A stretch of 64,000 nt of DNA from Pelomyxa schiedti (lineage: Eukaryota; Protista; Evosea): NCBI GenBank assembly GCA_020536535.1, contig JAHLWZ010000824.1, positions 1 to 64,000 on the forward strand, in the 5' to 3' direction. The notes beneath the pieces are model-generated. The model ran no database searches, was not told the DNA's origin, and saw only the letters and a program-made list of their open reading frames with translations. Within the stretch, counting starts at the first letter, position 1. Each line of letters opens with the position of its first letter. The translations under genes were made by a program, and so were the position numbers. Below, piece after piece: positions 48,172 to 60,430 of the stretch.

Positions 48172-48260
48172 TTGTTTTTTTTTTCTCTCGCGGAAGAAAA
48201 AAAACGAAAATTCCTCTCAGACTCTGTTCCTCTTCTTTGCCGGACACGGCGTCTTTGCTC

Positions 48261-50471
48261 ATGAACTCGGAGCAGGGCATTGGGTGTTGTCTTGGAGTTT
48301 GGTACTCAGTCGATCATTTGGTGACCTGATCAAACAAATCCAAATCGATACGCCGCCGGCCTTTCGTTTGAATACTTTTGTCTAGCGGGATGTTGGAAGA
48401 CGTGGGTATCCTCGAGTTCACTGTGGACGTGCCTATGATGGACTTGTTACTCAACTGGTCTGATCAATTGGAGCGTGGTGCCCGAACCGTCTGCGCCGCC
48501 ACCAATTGCCCCAATTGTGCCCCGTGCCCCTCGACCCACCGCGGAATTGGACAATTGGAAAAAGTAGATGGGGGGAGGCAAATGAAGGAGCTTTTTGGGA
48601 GAGAGGAAATAAAAAGGAAGGAACAAGAGACCACAGAACAAAAAGAAATAGGAGAGAGGGAAGCTGAGAAACAAGGACCAAGTAAAACACCCCAAAGGGA
48701 GAGTGTGACCCAAGAAACCAAGATAAACAACGAGGCTGAGAAATCACAGAATTTAAACGTCACTGCAACTGCTTCCCTGGTAGGAGATAAAGGGAGCCAC
48801 CAAGAGGGAGGTTTGAAAGGAGAGCAAGAAAATCTGTTCTCTCGGAAAGAAGAGAATATTGGGGATATTCCATGTAATAACTCAAGTGTTGCCCCATGTG
48901 TATCAGCAGAGTTATCTGAATCTCCAAGAACAAAAGATGTTGAGCAACGTACATCAGAAGAAAAGGCTCTTGCTGCGTCTCATGAAGTACAATCACCTGG
49001 AGAAGGCTCTACAAGTGAAATAAGGACAACTGTTTTTTGTGAGTTCTATCGACTACAGTTCAAAGGTGAAACTCTCACCTATTTACCAAACAAACAACAA
49101 AGCACGATTCCCTGACAGGCAAAGGGCAAAGCTCTCTCATGTGCATGTGCTTTCATTCCAATTGTTTCTCATTCTCTTTAGCTTACTTCAAGTCGCCCGT
49201 CTGCCCCCAAAGATAGAAAACATATTTCAGACTTCAGAAGCTTGAAGGTTCCAAACCCAGATACAATCACAGCCAAAGTATCCTTCTGTTCTGGCATCTT
49301 TTTTCTTGTACTTATAACATAAATATAGACTTATAAAGTGATTGTGGTTGAGGATGATGAGTCAGATCGCCACAGACCCCCTAGGGGAGGTTCTTTCGTC
49401 TTCTTTTAGTGATGGGACTCCTAACCTATTGAGTATAACAGTGGGTGTTCCAATGGGAATGTGTATGCTCCCTGTGGACAGCAAGACAAGTCTGAAGTGC
49501 ATTGCCCGAACTAGTCCTTCTGCAGACCCACGAAAGGCACCCAGTGGTGGTATGTGATGCCACTACATTTCCATTCTTTCTCAAAGCAAATTTTCCACAG
49601 GTGATAATTTTGCATCATTGGGTAATCCTTTCTAACTCGCCTTTTTCTTCATTATCTAATGCCATTTAAAGCAAGTGTAGTGTTAAAGCCAAGACCCGGC
49701 AGTCAACCGTTCTTGAAACCTGACTCCAGCTCTGCGGCACCTTCCCCTGAACCCCAAACAAAACCAGTTAAGCCAACATTTGCTTTGCCCAAGCCAAAAG
49801 AAAAAGGTATTACTTGCAATCCTTTCATGACTCATTGCAACACAAGGTGAAAAACCCGGAACACCTGTTTTCCAGCTCTCAAAGAAAGTACTCCCTCCTC
49901 CGGCTGTCGTAGCCTCCACACCTACAACAGCATTGGATGGAACTCCAGAACCCACACCAGCAACTCCGCCATCCCAAGAATCAACTGTGGAGCCTCCAAA
50001 TAAAGAAGAGAGCCCACCCAATGCAACAGTCACAGAATCCGCTGCAGCAGCAAAGACAGTCACTTCACCACCTCTGCGTCCCACACCACTCACCCCCACC
50101 AGAAAGCAAATATCCATAGAAAAGCTTATGCAACCAGCTCAGTATGTGCCCATGCCGCCAGCATCAACGGTTGTTCTCAAACCAGCTTCTTCCCGCACAC
50201 CACTACCAAAGGCTACCGTGGTTTCTTCTCCTGAACCCCCCAGCCCTTCTAGCAGTATGTATAACAATCAAGCTGTATCCTTAAATTCACTTTCTCCAAG
50301 ACAACATGGGACCCACTGTTACTGTTCATCATGGTCCCCAAGCAACCATTGGCCCTGCCACTGAGAAAACCCTGGGTAATTCAATCCTTTACTTCAAACC
50401 AAAAGTGATTAACTTCTGACATAGGCTCTGGTCAACTAGATTACCGCAGTGTTTTAAGGAAGAAGCAATGA
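48261..50471 (+). CDS. Hypothetical Glu/Pro-rich protein ending in a DFRxxL-like motif
   Basis: Multi-exon, with a Pro/Thr-rich C-terminal half. Last exon GQLDYRSVLRKKQ*. Confidence 0.5.
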
Positions 50472-50676
50472 GTCAAATCACCCCTATGTATTTATCTGTA
50501 AGTCAACGAGAAGGAAGGAAGTTTTCTCAACAAGTTGTTAGAGCACTCGCACCAAAACCCACCAGGGTTCTCTTAAAGAGGTTGTCAGGGGCCTCAATCA
50601 ATATATATATATATATCAATCAAGATCCGAGTTCCACGAATACGTTGTTAAACAAAGGTTAAAAAAAGTCGTTGAC

Positions 50677-52614
50677 ATGTCAGTTATGAAAGTGGTGTGG
50701 GTGTTGGCACTCGTGGGGTTTGTGTTGGGTGACAGTGGGTATTTTATGAGCAAGCAGGGCGATTCGTGCGCCCACACTTGTCACACTCTTGGTCTCAATT
50801 GCAATCCTGTGCGTGGTTTTTTTTTTTTTTTTTTTTTGAAACTCAAAATCATGAAAACAATATCCCCCCGCGGGGGACTTCTTCCTTGGCATTTATATGT
50901 AATGCAAAATGGTGCCTCTCGAATTCTCACTGACAATGATGCCATTCTCTGGCACAGCATATTGTGACAAACAACTCCACTGCATTGTTTCAGCAGCTTG
51001 GTGTATCGTGCAAGGCAGACAGCAGGCCTTGGTGGGCACACGATCAGCCCAATTACGTTGTGGAGCCAACAGATCCTAACTATCAAGACTGCCTTGGTAT
51101 TTCTCAAAGCTCTCACTTTTGTTGCTTGGCATTTTTCCCCCAACTTAAATGGCGAATTAGGTTACACTGCTGTTCCTGGTGGTGTACTATGCGGTGCCTC
51201 TCACCCCGCTGTGCAGCGCCTGTGCCGTTGTGATGACCCTTCACCATCTGAGCAAACTTTTGGCTTTGGTCTTTCAAGTGGCTCTGTAACGTAGCTTATT
51301 CTCTCTCTGTTGTTGCCAACAACTTACTCATCCCCAAGGACAACCGAGACAATTGTTTTTCAGCACTGGCTTGCGGAAGGGGATACAGTAACCAAGAAAC
51401 CTGTATCGATCATTTTGTCTGACTTATTGTAGGGCGCTATGACTCATTTTTGGATGACAATTCCAAATGGGTATGAGAACGGACTACTTGTGCGCTACTA
51501 TGTCGATGGGGAGCTTGATGCTTCCATAGAGTTTGAACCTCCTTTGGCTTGTGGTGTAGGTTTTGGAGATTCGGTGTGTATTCCATTCTGCATGACATTA
51601 TTGTGACTCTGATTTGTTAAGCAAGCTCCTTGGGGCATTCATTGGTTTGGAAAGGGTGCAAACTCAGGAAGTTGGTTCAATAACTTCATTATTCCTTTCA
51701 AAAGCAGCATTGTTGTTACTGTGCAGCACACTGTGGCCGATTATGTGCTTTTTTTTTCGGTTTTTGCCTCAGGCACTTAATTCCTTTTTTAGGGTGGATT
51801 CTACATGATTGTACGTGGTGCTACAAGTATTTCTTTTTTTTATCTTAGCAATGGCCACTTTGACCCCTTTCTCAGATGTCCCAATTCGCATTGGAAATTT
51901 GGTCCTCCCTTCCAGTTCCAAGTTGACTCTGCACAAATTCTCAGGTTTAGACCACTACTGCCACTCGGATGGTAACGTCAATTTACAGCTGATGTGGCTC
52001 CTGTGACCTATGTTGACTTTGTGAACATTGCCTCAGGCTCTGGTCTCCTATTCCTTCATACGATACAAGTTGACTCAGCTAACCTCAATTTTCTTGAGGG
52101 GTGCTACCACATGTACACTGGTGAGCAAGAGTTTCCAGGTATGCATCTCTCTGCCCCTACTGCTATTCTTTCTGAAACCAGACAGGTACCGTACTCTCCA
52201 CTGGCACTGAGGACTACTACGGTACGCATCTTAGAATTTTAGCAAGCCCGACCGATTCCATAACTAACTCCACCCAGATAGCGGTTGGTACTTTGATGCG
52301 GGCGAATTCCACATGCCTGTGTCTGGCTACACGCATTATAGCAACAATGACAACCGCATACAATGGTCCGCTTACAGGTTAGGAACCCCGAATCAAATCA
52401 AATCATTTTCTAATCCAAGAGTTCAATTTCTACCTTGAACAGGCTCCATGAGATGGATCCACTGCAATTCGACGATGGGATGAGGTTCTCCTGGCGCAAC
52501 GGAGATACTGTTGACGCTGCTGGCATCAAATGCATGATGGAAGAAGGTGGAACCATCATCGGAACACCTTCCACGTCTTCTATTGAAGCGTATACGTGGG
52601 TTTACACCTGGTAA
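50677..52614 (+). CDS. Secreted DUF2961 (GH172-like) glycoside hydrolase with a Cys-rich N-terminal module
   Basis: Signal peptide, then AMTHFWMT, VRYYVDGE..ASIEF, FNNFIIPFKSSIVVT, FLEGC, TGTEDYYDSGWYF and SAYRLHEMDPLQFDDG. Confidence 0.85.
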
Positions 52615-52968
52615 GATGAATAAACATTTCTAAACTTAGTCTTTCCTCTTTCGTCGAACAAGGTGCCAGTTCTCTCTGCTGTGGTAACCGTCGCGATCCG
52701 TTTGTTGAGCGGCAACAAACAGTGACGAGTTTGGCTGTCACACGGCCGAATGATGGGAAAAACGCCACCAGCACTGACAATTCGAAACTGAAGGGTGGAC
52801 AACAGTCAAGCAATTGTTCCAACACCAAACCAACAAATCCCAAAACACCAATCAAAAGGTACAACCAACACAGAGCAAAGAAATAATTCGTTGCTTGTCA
52901 TTAAACACTATTCTGTGCCAGTAAAACCAAGGTGGATAGAGGTAGGCATAAGAGTACTCTGTGTGGCG

Positions 52969-53126
52969 GCTGTGGTTCTTCTGCTGGCTGGTGGGTTGCC
53001 TATTAATCGCGGTTAGAACTACATCATAATGAGAATGCATATCTTGGATTCTCACGTGGGTCTGGTCTTTCTCTGCTGTGGTTCTTCTGCTGGCTGGTGG
53101 GTTGCCTATTAATCGTGGTTAGAACT
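52969..53126 (+). repeat. 52-bp direct repeat, two copies, 54-bp spacer
   Basis: GCTGTGGTTCTTCTGCTGGCTGGTGGGTTGCCTATTAATCG(C/T)GGTTAGAACT at 52969-53020 and 53075-53126. Confidence 0.9.
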
Positions 53127-53463
53127 GCGTACTCAAAAGTTGGAAAACGAGCTGGGTGTGTGGTACAGAAAAACAACAATAAAAAGAGGTGTGCCTGTGT
53201 GCTGAAACAACAATAAAAACCTAACACCTGTTACGGGTGTGTAGGGTGTGTATTTGTAGATCTCGGTTATTGGGCATAACTTGGTACGTGTTCCTAGTTT
53301 TTTTTATGTTTTGACTGCTGTGTGGGTTTTTTGTAATTGGGAAGATCCCAGAGATCCCAGATCCCAGAGAAAATGGTGACGGTACATAATGGTGACGGTA
53401 CTCTGTGGCGTTGCTCGACTATGCAATGGGCTGACCAACATACCCTAGGAGGGTGTATGAGGT

Positions 53464-54966
53464 TCAAATCTGGCCTCGAATTTCTTTTTTTGTTTGATTT
53501 GTTCTTTTCGGAATGCCGGAATTGAGTTGTTTATGTGGTCTTGACAGTTTTAAGTTGGTTCTTGTCTCAACTACTTCAGGAAAAAATTCTACACAATTCC
53601 GTGGGTCTTTGGCGGGTCGATCAAGTGGCTGCGTGGTGTTTTCTGGTAGTGTTAGTGGCTGGTTGTGTGGTTGCAATTGATGATGGTGAGGGTGATGACT
53701 CGTGATTTGGAAGAGGGAACCCATCAAGAAATCAGAACACAACTTGAAGCCGCCGAGTTCTCCCTTTTTGGGGTCTACAAACCAAGTCTCCCACTCTTCC
53801 CTCTCCTGCCTGTCACCTTCATCATCATAGTATCCAACGGTTTTGGCTGCATCAATCACGAAAAATCCATTGCAAAAGAAGGAGACCTTCATCGGAGACG
53901 TTGATGCTTGGAGGGGCAGAGTGTATGCTATTACAAGCGTCTGGCTTGAGTATGATTTGACTGTGTCTATTACCATCAAGTCCACTGTGGTCTCATCAAA
54001 CGCTGAAACATATAAAATAATCTGATTTTGGTCTGGAGCATTGAAAAATGGACTCCACACTTGGTGGGTATGTGCAGAGTAGGGGAGGCTGATAAGACTG
54101 AGGTGTGCATCAGCACTTCTAGGCTGCAAGAACATCACAAATGGCTCATTGTAATCAGTTGCAACAGACAGAAAGCCCGCAAACCACTCCTTATTTACAC
54201 ACCAACCATAGCATCGGAACCGCATATTAGACACAGCTTCTACTGGCCATATCTTCCTCTCTTGTGATACAGCGTGGCTCTGCCACAATTGCCACTCTCT
54301 CGCTGTGGTTTTTTCATAGACATAGCTCAGTTCATCTGCCCAGACGCCATCCTGGTGTTGTATTTGTATTGTTGGTGCAGTGATAGTTCCGTTTGTCTGT
54401 GGCGATACTGAAAATGAGACCCATATGTTTTCGTCTGGGTTGCAGAGTAAGGTTGAATTCGTGGACTGCAGCTGGAACTTTACTACTTGTACGTCAATGA
54501 GGTAATCATGCAGTAAACGGATAATGATTGGGGCGTGAGGTGCCAGCCACGAGTGGCGTCCAAGAGATGTCAAGGCCTTTAGTTGGTTCTGCAAAGTGAG
54601 CAATACTTGGGGGTTATTGGCCAAGTCCATATACTCCGGTTCTGCTACTCGATATTTCCCGAACTGGGCATATGGGTCCTGGGATATTTGGTATTCCTTG
54701 TAAGCCTGTTCTGCACCCAGCCTAAGCATGGAGCAATTGTATGCAGCCCATTCTTCAGGGGATTGGGGGTACCGTAGTTGCGGTTCGTCTTGCTGTTGTT
54801 GTTGCTGTTGCTGTTGTTGTTGTTGTTGTGGAGGTGGCGGCGGCGGGGGCGCCGCTTGCTCTGCGTGTGGCTGAGCTTGTGCCTGGGGTTGGGCGTTTGC
54901 ACCCTCATCACCCCCAACATTGGCATCTGTCATATTGCGGTCAGGCTGTGGGTCGGTGCCGTCCAC
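53464..54966 (-). CDS. Single-exon uncharacterised protein, divergent 'HPRCG-motif' family member 4
   Basis: 500-aa ORF with a polyQ N-terminus, QNQLKALTSL..IIRLLHDYL, VSFSVSP, NKEW and VIDTVKSYSSQTL. The HPRCG core and the last blocks are degenerate. Confidence 0.7.
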   Translation of the reverse strand: MDGTDPQPDRNMTDANVGGDEGANAQPQAQAQPHAEQAAPPPPPPPQQQQQQQQQQQQQDEPQLRYPQSPEEWAAYNCSMLRLGAEQAYKEYQISQDPYAQFGKYRVAEPEYMDLANNPQVLLTLQNQLKALTSLGRHSWLAPHAPIIIRLLHDYLIDVQVVKFQLQSTNSTLLCNPDENIWVSFSVSPQTNGTITAPTIQIQHQDGVWADELSYVYEKTTAREWQLWQSHAVSQERKIWPVEAVSNMRFRCYGWCVNKEWFAGFLSVATDYNEPFVMFLQPRSADAHLSLISLPYSAHTHQVWSPFFNAPDQNQIILYVSAFDETTVDLMVIDTVKSYSSQTLVIAYTLPLQASTSPMKVSFFCNGFFVIDAAKTVGYYDDEGDRQEREEWETWFVDPKKGELGGFKLCSDFLMGSLFQITSHHPHHHQLQPHNQPLTLPENTTQPLDRPAKDPRNCVEFFPEVVETRTNLKLSRPHKQLNSGIPKRTNQTKKEIRGQI

Positions 54967-55446
54967 GACATTGTGCGCTGCGGGGCGGGGAGCGGCGGGG
55001 ATGTTGCTGGCTCTGTCGCGGGGCAGACGCGGGGGCGGCGCCGGGCAGGGCCCAGGGCGGCCGGGGGAGGCTCGGGGCGGCGCCGCGGGGGGGGGGTGTA
55101 GCCACGGCGGCGTGTGTGGGCGGTCGGGGAGGGGTCTCGGTGGCGTGGGGCTTGGTCCCGCAGGTGCCTGCTCCGTGCAAGGGCTGCAGGGGTGGGGCGG
55201 AGGAGCACCCTGACGCCCCGGCCGATGTTGACGACGCCGATTTGTTCGAGGGCGTAGAAAGCCTCTTCGCTCGTGTTGAATCGCAACTTACAGTAGAATT
55301 GACCAGGAAAGGCTGGGGTCGGTCTAGGCTCGCTCACTGTGGCATGGATTCCCGCACGACCCAAATTCGACTCGATCTCGGCCGCTGAGATCCTGATGTG
55401 CCCCCTGATATAAAGCTCATTGCCGAGGTGCGCCGGTGACTGGAAA

Positions 55447-55611
55447 GGTATTGGACGTTTCAGTCAAAAAACGGCATAATGAATGAAAAATAAAAACAAC
55501 CAACAAAAAACAAGTTTATCCACTGGGCGCACCAGTGCATTTCGTTTGATTTTGATGATAGTTCTCGTTTTTTGTTTGTGTGGCGGGTTTTTGACTGAAA
55601 CGTCCAATACC
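55447..55611. mobile_element. 165-bp MITE-like element with perfect 24-bp terminal inverted repeats (family B)
   Basis: GGTATTGGACGTTTCAGTCAAAAA (55447-55470) and TTTTTGACTGAAACGTCCAATACC (55588-55611). Non-coding AT-rich interior; no TSD seen. Confidence 0.75.
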
Positions 55612-55846
55612 CTCGTCGCCCCACAATCCAGACCTTCCTTGCGTGAAAACATGGCAATAATGATTTCACCCGGGTCACCAGATCTGTCAATGCAGGCAGA
55701 AAAATGGAATGGCGGAAAAACTGGCAGATGGAAATGAAGAAAAATTGTAGCTTTTTTTGTTAACTGCGTTCTTTTCTTTAGTTTGGCTTGTTGTATACAT
55801 GGAGAAGTTTATGATTTTGGGTTGGGCTAGATAGATAAGAGGTTCT

Positions 55847-58800
55847 TTAGGTGTGTTTGGTTGTGTTTTTCTTGACGAGTGCAATCCTCTTGCACTTGGG
55901 GCAGGTTACTGGTGTGAAGTTGTTTTTTTGTGCACAGGCGTTGTGGAAGAGAGTTCGGCACCGAGGACAACGCGTTGTTATTGACGTCTGAAAGGAGAAA
56001 ATGGGGTCCCGGCTGTTGCAATACTCACACAAGAAGCCTTTCCCTTGGCATGTCTGGGTTTGGGGGTGAGTGAGGTTGATAATTCATTGGTAAAAAAAGG
56101 AGGTAGTAAGCAGACCTCACAGTCGGTTGTTATGTGGGCCAAAATCCGCTGTGATACTTTAAATAATAACGGGAGTAAAGTCCTTTGTGTGGCAGCTATC
56201 AGGTCGTTGAGAGAGTACATCGTTTTATTCTCGAGGAAGTGAATGTTTCCTTGGACAAATTCCAGTAGAATGTCTCTAGATGACCGTGAAATCATATCGT
56301 GTTGCAAAGAAATTCCTACCTGCTCTTGCAAGTGAAAACAAATTCACCCAACAGAACGAGCTGACTTCGGAGTTCCTGTATGATATTAGGTTTTTTCTGG
56401 GAATTGTAAAAATGTAGGGATACAATGATTTGATCTATGTCAGCAATTGTTGTGAGAAGTTGTGGGTTGAGTGTGGCCACATCGAATATGGCGCTTTTTG
56501 CGTGAGTTGCAATGTGGTTCCTTGCAGTGGTGCTTACAGGATACCTATAATTATAATGGTGTTAGTGTTATTTGGAGTAAAGAGGCATACTGGGCACCAT
56601 CCCACATATAAATTATGCGTGCTGGAATGACACTCCGCTCGTTTGTGTGACATTTATTGCAAAAATACTTGCCTGTATAGTAACAATACCGAGAAAAGCT
56701 GAAAAATCCTAATGAGGCTGGTGGATATGAAAATTTTTGAATAAGAAATGAACCAGCAGACACTTTGGTCTGGCAACCAGGGCAGATGATGGTGGGGTCA
56801 GTGTTGGAAGCTTTATTATGAACGATTAGGCTATATGGAAGACCATGAGTTTCAGCTTGTGTTTCCTGAGTTCAAGGGTAAAATAACACTGTCTCAGAAT
56901 TAAAAACGGGCACATACCTCACTCTTCATTTTTGGGTTGATTGGTGTTGGTGTAGGAATGGCCGCCGATGAAGTAGTTGTCACGGATTCGGAGGTATTCA
57001 TTGGATGTATTTCACCGTAGGGAGTAGTATTGGATGGTGGGGGTTGATAGTCGCTGAACACCATATACGGGAGTACAGGGGAGACTTTCACGTCACCTCT
57101 GTGATTTTTTTTTGTGGGAAAGTAAATTATCTGGAAATAGACAAAAGTGGCATTACATAATAGTTGCCGATGCTAGCACAAGTGTTGGAGGGGGTGCTGG
57201 TGCGGGTACGTCCTATGGCGAAATAAAACAATACTTATGATATGCTCACAAACCTTGAGGGATATCGTGCGTTTCGGTGTGGCAATTTGTGCTTTGGTAG
57301 GAGTGGTAGTATTGGAAGTGTTTGCAGGAGGTTGAGTACGGAACAAAGACTGATCTTGAGTCTTTGAGTTGCCCTAGTGGATATTAAGTGCAAAATTTTA
57401 AAATGGAAAGTACCCAAGTTCCTCTTGTACTGAAAATCACTGTTCCAGAGTTGGCACCTGGAGATAATGGTCCAGGTGACAAACTTCGATTAATATGCGG
57501 TTTGGTTTGCTGTGCTACGGCTGTTGTGGATACAGATTTTTTTAATTGTGTATGCGTTTGAGGTGGTGAAGTAGGATGAAGGGGTGGAGGTGTTTCTGTG
57601 GGTTCAGTTGGTTCTGGAGGTGGAGGGGTTGCAGGAGGAGTCGGTGCTTCATCTTGAATCTGGGGTATGGGTTCCCCTTCCGCAGAAGAGATGGACTTTG
57701 TCTCAGTTGAGTCAACTGAGGGTTGGGTCTGTATTTCGGTGTTTAGTGGAATTGGTGGTCTTTCCCCTTCATTTCCATTAGTTGTGGATGTGGTGTTGGT
57801 AGCTGATTGCTCTGCCTGAGCTTCAATTTCGGATATTTCAATGAACGGCACTGGAGAACATAGTGTTGGCAGAGGTTCCGATACTTGACCCGGGAGTGCG
57901 GGATCTAGAGGTTCTGTCTGGGGTTGCTGAACTGGTAGAAGAGATTTTGGGGGAGAGATGATAGGTGGGGATGGAGCTTTTTGTGAAGAGTCTTCTGCGT
58001 ATCCGTAAAGGGGCTCTGAGCTTATCTCGACAACTCTCGTTTTTCCTGGTTTTCGAACTTTGTGTGAAGCTGCAATAGGCTGTGGCTTAAGAGGTGTAGG
58101 GGGAATATATTTCAGTTGCTCTACACTGATAAAAATGTTGGAGGAGAAATGGTATTTTAACTTTACATTCGTTGGCTAAGAGGCCCAATGCTCAGATTGA
58201 ACTCTAAAGATTCAAGGCTCAATAGGAGTTGCAAAAAACTAAATACATTTTCTTCATTACGAAGGAAAGCGTAATCATAATACAGGCCACTGAGAGATAT
58301 TAGAGTAATTTGACAATAAAATATGTAACTGTAAATGGTCTTTATCTTGAATCAACAGTCTTATACACCCCGCAAGAGTGCGAGTATTAAGACCCTGCTT
58401 GACAAATAGAAAGGCTCGGTCAACGTCATTTAAATCGGCGGCACGAATGTCGTACATCATCCTGTGGAGGGGTGATGGAATTGGCGTGGGGGGAATCAGG
58501 CGCTCGACTTTCTTGAGAAAATCCCATGGCACAGCTATACCTAGTGAAGATCAGATGACTGCTGAAAGAAAACGCGTTCTTGTATAGATAATAATGAAGC
58601 AAGTACTTTTGAGACCATGTGTCAAAATTGCGTCTATACTAGACAACAAAAGGGTTGTTGAAGGGTGAGTCTCGTCAATTGGTGTAACTTCAGCCTGCTG
58701 TATATGAAAGGATTAAACCTTCTGCGATATATTGTGTGCTGTACCGCTGTCGCAATTTCGATTGCAGATGAAAGGTTATCAATCAACTGTGTGTATTGTG

Positions 58801-60430
58801 AAACAGCTTGTGATGCAACTGTTAAAAGTTATGCAAAAAAGAACAAATAGTAAAACATGCCTCCAACAACTGTTGCCAGATTGGATTTGGCAGAGGCTAT
58901 GACTCCATCACTTTTATCTACAGCGATCTGAAGCACTTTATTGATCTCTTCGTCTGTTGGCAGTTCCAGCATTGGAGACTCACACAACATGTGGTGTCTT
59001 GGAAGTGTTGGCAAAGGCTCCAGTGACTGCGAGAATGGAGTGGTTCCCATCCAGTTGGTTGTTTGGCTCACTTTTTTTTTTGGAGTGTTGATGGGATGCG
59101 AAGTCTCATTGGAAGGTGTAACAAGTGGCTCCTGATCTCTGCCTTCGTCATTCCCACTGTGGTCTCCATGTTCAAATGTAACAGTGGAATTTACCTCCGT
59201 GACATCTGATCCCTCTACAGCACATTCCTCCCCATCCACCATCACAAAACCAGTGTTTGCAACAGTTGGACTGTGATTTGGAGACTGCATCAGATATGCA
59301 TTTGCGTCCACAATAGCAGCCGTGATTTCATTTTCCTCTTGCTGGATCGGGTCGGAGTTCGTATTGGGTGGTGGTGGTGGCGGCGGTGGTAACTGCTCAA
59401 CTTGCGTGATGGTTGGGCTGGTTGAAGGTTGTGGCAGCACTTTTGGCTTAGGTTGGATGATTGGTATATAAAGACGTCAAGGAAAGGTAGTAATTACAGT
59501 AAAGTAATGGGGTGAAAAATTATTAAGAGACACTGGTTTTTGTGGATACATTGTTGCGACTTCTACAGTTTCCCAGTAGTTTGCTTTATCTAAAGCAGGG
59601 TCCACAAGCGGAAGCTTAAATTGAGTTGTTTTCAGACTAGCTAAAAGATCCAGAACGATCGTGCAGTTTTCTTCAGATCTAAGATAATAAAGGGGAGGGA
59701 AAAAATCGCTTGTGTAACAAGAAACCTTAAAAGAGCTTGATCCGTGTAGAATTGCCTGAGTGCATTTCAGTCAAGAGGAAAGAAAGACAATGACCAACTT
59801 TGTTTGTTGGGCCCACACAAGAGCTTCAAGATTGTCCGATAGGTTCCCTTCATTTAAGGAAGCGCGCAGGAATAGTCTTAGTCTTCCTAACAGTTGTGTC
59901 CGTAAAAAGTGATAGATGGATGAACTATTGACCCTGAGGTGTCTTTGCAGTTGCCTTGATTTCAGTCATCATTTTGGCACAACCAGGAGCACAGTCTGTG
60001 ATACGCTCCACAAAATCAAATGGCGTGACTTTGAAGAAGTTTGTTCGTTCTGGAGAAGAATAAGGGGGCAAGGATTTATATTGTAATTTAACCTTTCAAT
60101 CCATGAGAAATGACACATTCCAAGGTATTTAGTAAAGTATTTAGTGGAGGAGACAAGTCAGTGACAACAGCTATTCCCCCATTTGATTGATTGTCAGCGT
60201 GCCTCAAAAATATGCTCACGTGCTCCTTCACAGCAACAACTAACTCCGAAACGGCTTTATTGTTGATTGTTGTTTGAATTGAGGTGAGAACCAACACACA
60301 CAGGGAAAAAAGTCAAAGTGGGGTACGCCGTGGGTGCTTATTTATGCACGAATGGTTTGGTTTTAATTCGATAAGATCTTGTTTGTTCTTGTTCGTGGAG
60401 GCAGGGAAGTACTGCTGTTCGCCGTGATCA
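55847..60430 (-). CDS. Tandem RUN-RUN + Rubicon-homology (zf-RING_9) protein, PLEKHM1/DEF8/Rubicon-like
   Basis: RUN1: LECVISHGLK..PFDFVE..LRLFLRASLNEG. RUN2: IDAILTHGLK..PWDFLKKV..RAFLFVKQGLN. RH domain: RYCYYTGKYFCNKCH..VIPARIIYMWD and HITTDCEVCQGKGFLCEYC..IFSFQ..RCPRCRTLFHNAC..CPKC. Start approximate. Confidence 0.85.

Noticed and set aside
52969-53126. Repeat-spacer-repeat resembling a mini CRISPR array
   Set aside because: Only two 52-bp units, eukaryotic context and no cas genes.
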